A stretch of DNA of 10,338 nucleotides from Gemmatimonadales bacterium. Lineage in GTDB: Bacteria > Gemmatimonadota > Gemmatimonadetes > Gemmatimonadales > GWC2-71-9. The DNA is taken from contig JBFGJG010000082.1 of NCBI GenBank assembly GCA_041577295.1, forward strand, positions 1 to 10,338. Reading direction: 5' to 3'. Positions 8,352 to 10,338 of the stretch are shown piece by piece. Position 1 is the stretch's first letter, and each line of letters opens with the position of its first letter. The notes under the pieces were generated by a model. The model worked only from the letters and a program-made list of their open reading frames with translations. It made no database searches and was not told where the DNA came from. The position numbers were made by a program, and so were the translations under genes.

Positions 8352-9131
8352 TTAGCCCCAAATCTTCCACGGCGCCCTTCCCTCCGACCACAGATCCTCC
8401 AGCATGTTCTTCTCCTTCAAAGTATCCATGCACGACCAGAAGCCATTGTGCCGGTAGCCGACTAGCTGCCCGTCAGCCGCCAGGCGTTGCACGGGATCCC
8501 GCTCCCAGACCGTATGGTCACCATCGATGTACCCGATCGCATCCCTGTGCAGGACAAAAAAGCCACCGTTTATCCAGCCTTCGCTGGTCTCCGGCTTTTC
8601 GTAAAACTCGACCACCTGCTCACCGGCAAAGGCGATCCGCCCAAACCGCGCGGGTGAACGAACCGTTGTCACCGTGGCAAGCTTCCGGTGGGCGCAGTGA
8701 AATTCGACCAGCCCTTTCACATCCAGATCCGCCAGGCCATCACCGTACGTGAACAAGAATGATTCGTCCGCGCCCAACCACTTCTCCAGACGCTTCAATC
8801 GACCACCGGTCTGAGTGTGCAAACCCGTATCGACCAAATGCACTCTCCACTTCGGCTGCTTCCCGTCGTGGACGGTGGTATCACCGGTTGTAAGGTCAAT
8901 CGTAATGTCATTGTTCAGCGCGTAGAAGTTCAGGAAATATTCTTTGACCACCTCGCCCTTGTAGCCCAGCGCGATGATGAACTCCTCGATACCATGGCTA
9001 GCATAAATGTTCATGATGTGCCACAGAATGGGCTTTCCACCAATCTCAACCATCGGTTTCGGCCGTAGCGAGGTTTCTTCCGCCAGCCGCGACCCAAAGC
9101 CGCCTGCCAGGATAACCAATTTCATTTTCAT
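8352..9131 (-). CDS. rfbF: Glucose-1-phosphate cytidylyltransferase
   Basis: ILAGGFGSRLAEET..PKPMVEIGGKPILWHIM, LGYKGEVVKEYF, DTGLHTQTGGRLKR, TYGDG, ARFG, EKP, WINGGFFVL, HNGFWSCMDTLKE, LW..GRAPWKIW. 259 aa; the start may be ATG 9131 or 9125. Confidence 0.96.
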   Translation of the reverse strand: MKMKLVILAGGFGSRLAEETSLRPKPMVEIGGKPILWHIMNIYASHGIEEFIIALGYKGEVVKEYFLNFYALNNDITIDLTTGDTTVHDGKQPKWRVHLVDTGLHTQTGGRLKRLEKWLGADESFLFTYGDGLADLDVKGLVEFHCAHRKLATVTTVRSPARFGRIAFAGEQVVEFYEKPETSEGWINGGFFVLHRDAIGYIDGDHTVWERDPVQRLAADGQLVGYRHNGFWSCMDTLKEKNMLEDLWSEGRAPWKIWG

Positions 9132-9316
9132 GGCTCGCCGAACCCCCTATCCTTGCTATGAGCAACCGCGCCGATCGCGTTCCAACAGAACAGCACCTAC
9201 GCTAGCCAGAGGCGGCTCGACAGCGGCCAGGCCCCTAGCGCCGGAACACTTGGCGCCCTTGGAACCTCGCTTCCGCTATTCGCCAGGCACTCAATGTGTG
9301 TCTTCATCCAGCCACC

Positions 9317-9333
9317 TGCAAAACGGGCACCAA
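9317..9333 (-). promoter_or_regulatory. Candidate sigma54 (-24/-12) promoter facing rfbF
   Basis: The minus strand reads TTGGTGCCCGTTTTGCA: GG (9331-9330), N10, GC (9319-9318), with a TTGCA -12 element. The -24 part (TGGTGC) departs from TGGCAC. Confidence 0.5.
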
Positions 9334-9540
9334 GTTCCCCCAACCGGATAACGAGTCGACAACGGCAGTTAGGGTGTGGTGGACGTTTTAGCCCGGTCCG
9401 TTTGGCAACGGCGTTAGCCAATTGGCGAGTGTTTGGGGGTTATGACGCTTGAGCGAAGCCACCCCCTCTTTGTTGTAGTCGGGTCCAAGCCGGCGATGCG
9501 GCCGTCAGCTCGTTTCTCCAATCGATCGTCGCACTGTACT

Positions 9541-9603
9541 GTTGCCGCGAGCCCTTTCTGGCGGGGTTGGGTAACGCGAAGGGTGATGCAAACCCGCGAC
9601 AAC
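9541..9603 (-). other. Putative RNA stem-loop at the start of the operon leader
   Basis: On the minus strand, GTTGTCGCGGGTTT (9603-9590) pairs with GGGCTCGCGGCAAC (9554-9541) over 14 consecutive positions, 5 of them G-U. Confidence 0.45.
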
Positions 9604-9606
9604 CTG

Positions 9607-9635
9607 ATTCTCCGTGACAGGTTTTTAACTGTCAA
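9607..9635 (-). promoter_or_regulatory. Candidate sigma70 promoter facing rfbF, overlapped by the palindrome TGACAG-N8-CTGTCA
   Basis: Minus strand: TTGACA (9635-9630), 17 bp spacer, GAGAAT (9612-9607), in a local AT-rich patch. The inverted repeat lies at 9615-9620 and 9629-9634. Confidence 0.6.
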
Positions 9636-9693
9636 TCGGTTAGCTTTGATCTACCAGCTCGGGCTCGGCAGGTTGGGCGGGTTTGAGCGACTC

Positions 9694-9761
9694 GGGATGT
9701 TGCTGTGATGCAACAGTGACGACAGCAAAAGTCGGGGCAACATCCCCGCGACAGTGACGAC
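9694..9761. repeat. Cluster of inverted and direct repeats built on a GCRACA-like unit
   Basis: Perfect 10-bp inverted repeat GGGATGTTGC (9694-9703) / GCAACATCCC (9737-9746). TGTTGC-N6-GCAACA at 9698-9715. Direct repeat ACAGTGACGAC at 9713-9723 and 9751-9761. Confidence 0.7.
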
Positions 9762-9811
9762 CCCAGCCATTACTGTCTCCACTCCCGGTCAGGTTCCGTC
9801 GCTGCCGCGTC

Positions 9812-10338
9812 ATGCCTAGCTCTGGCTCTAATCGCGGCTCGCGCCGCCGCTTCGGGTACGTACTGGCCGCCAGCGCGCTGGAGTCGATCTGCTTCGCGAC
9901 CCTTTTCCCGGCGGGGACCCGATCGACAAGTGGACCTTGTGGTGCGTGTTGTGTGGCGATCATGAGCTCGCAGATACACTCGCCAACATGGTGCTCTTCG
10001 CTCCGGTGGGCGTGAGTCTCGGACTCCTGGGCTGGGCGGGTGTTTGGCGCGTTGGCGGCCGGAGCAGCGCTCTCCGCGGCAGTGGAGCTGGCCCAGCTGT
10101 TCATCCCGGGGCGGCGGTCGTCGGTCGCTGACGTGACCTTCAACGGACTGGGCGCTGAGTCACCGCTCGATGAGGCTCGAGCGGCGGCTGGCCGGGACTG
10201 GGTCTTGCTCTCGCCATCCCGTTCGGGCTGTGGGCCAGACGCCATCCCGCTTCGGCGCTGGGCGGTGTCGCGGCGGTCGCCGCGCTGGCGCTCACGCCGT
10301 CGGTCAGGGGACTGCTGCCAACCGACGCCGGCCCACGA
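9812..10338 (+). pseudogene. Frameshifted VanZ-family membrane protein, running to the window edge
   Basis: The ATG 9812 frame gives a hydrophobic helix ending FATLFP. A second frame (about 9930-10050) gives WCVLCGDHELADTLANMVLFAPVG (VanZ DxxxNxxLFxPxG). The first frame resumes near 10052 with LSAAVELAQLFIPGRRSSVADVTFNGLGA (VanZ ExxQxFxPGRxxSxxDxxxNxxG). Another hydrophobic segment follows from about 10189 in the second frame. Confidence 0.82.

Noticed and set aside
694..8465. Many antisense or alternate-frame ORFs (e.g. 694-1173, 1343-1897, 5950-6459, 6681-7118, 7161-7607, 8106-8465)
   Set aside because: They are shadow ORFs of well-supported genes in GC-rich DNA and show no family motifs.
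9197..9216. JUMPstart/ops-like sequence (AGCCAGAGGCGG on plus; GGCTAGCGT on minus)
   Set aside because: There is no intact GGCGGTAG, and the better match is on the wrong strand for the operon.
9380..9422. Resemblance to a c-di-GMP-I riboswitch (GGCTAAC...GCCAAA...GGGCTAA, minus strand)
   Set aside because: The GNRA-capped P2 hairpin and the closing P1 are missing, so the similarity is probably chance.
9614..9646. Divergent plus-strand sigma70 promoter GTGACA...TAGCTT for the VanZ gene
   Set aside because: The spacer would be 21 bp, which is too long.
9197..9708. Short ORFs 9197-9421(-), 9414-9635(-) and 9433-9708(+)
   Set aside because: They have no recognisable motifs or clear RBS. One starts at the TTG of the -35 hexamer.
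9694..9761. CRISPR or mini-array interpretation of the ACAGTGACGAC repeats
   Set aside because: There are only two 11-bp copies, far shorter than CRISPR repeats, and no cas genes in the window.
9640..10245. 201-aa minus-strand ORF
   Set aside because: It is low-complexity Ala/Ser/Pro/Arg sequence antisense to clear VanZ motifs.

Overview
Bacterial surface-polysaccharide accessory region. The core is a tightly coupled minus-strand nucleotide-sugar operon (9131->1430): rfbF (glucose-1-phosphate cytidylyltransferase), an extended SDR, a Zn-binding NDP-sugar C-methyltransferase, an RmlC-type 3,5-epimerase, a DUF4910 (M28-peptidase-like) protein, a second SDR, a decayed sulfotransferase and an RmlA-like nucleotidyltransferase. 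This set suggests a CDP-linked C-methyl-branched sugar, yet neither SDR has a recognisable 4,6-dehydratase signature, and the DUF4910 protein lacks the M28 Glu-Glu pair. On the left are a 5'-truncated, lower-GC sulfotransferase and the C-terminal remnant of a PQQ-dependent dehydrogenase that begins at a short tandem repeat. On the right, a ~680 bp divergent intergenic region holds candidate sigma70 and sigma54 promoters, a strand-asymmetric leader hairpin and several palindromes and repeats. It is followed by a frameshifted VanZ-family gene. I found no RNA genes, CRISPR array or transposase. All calls come from motifs recognised by eye, not from database searches.
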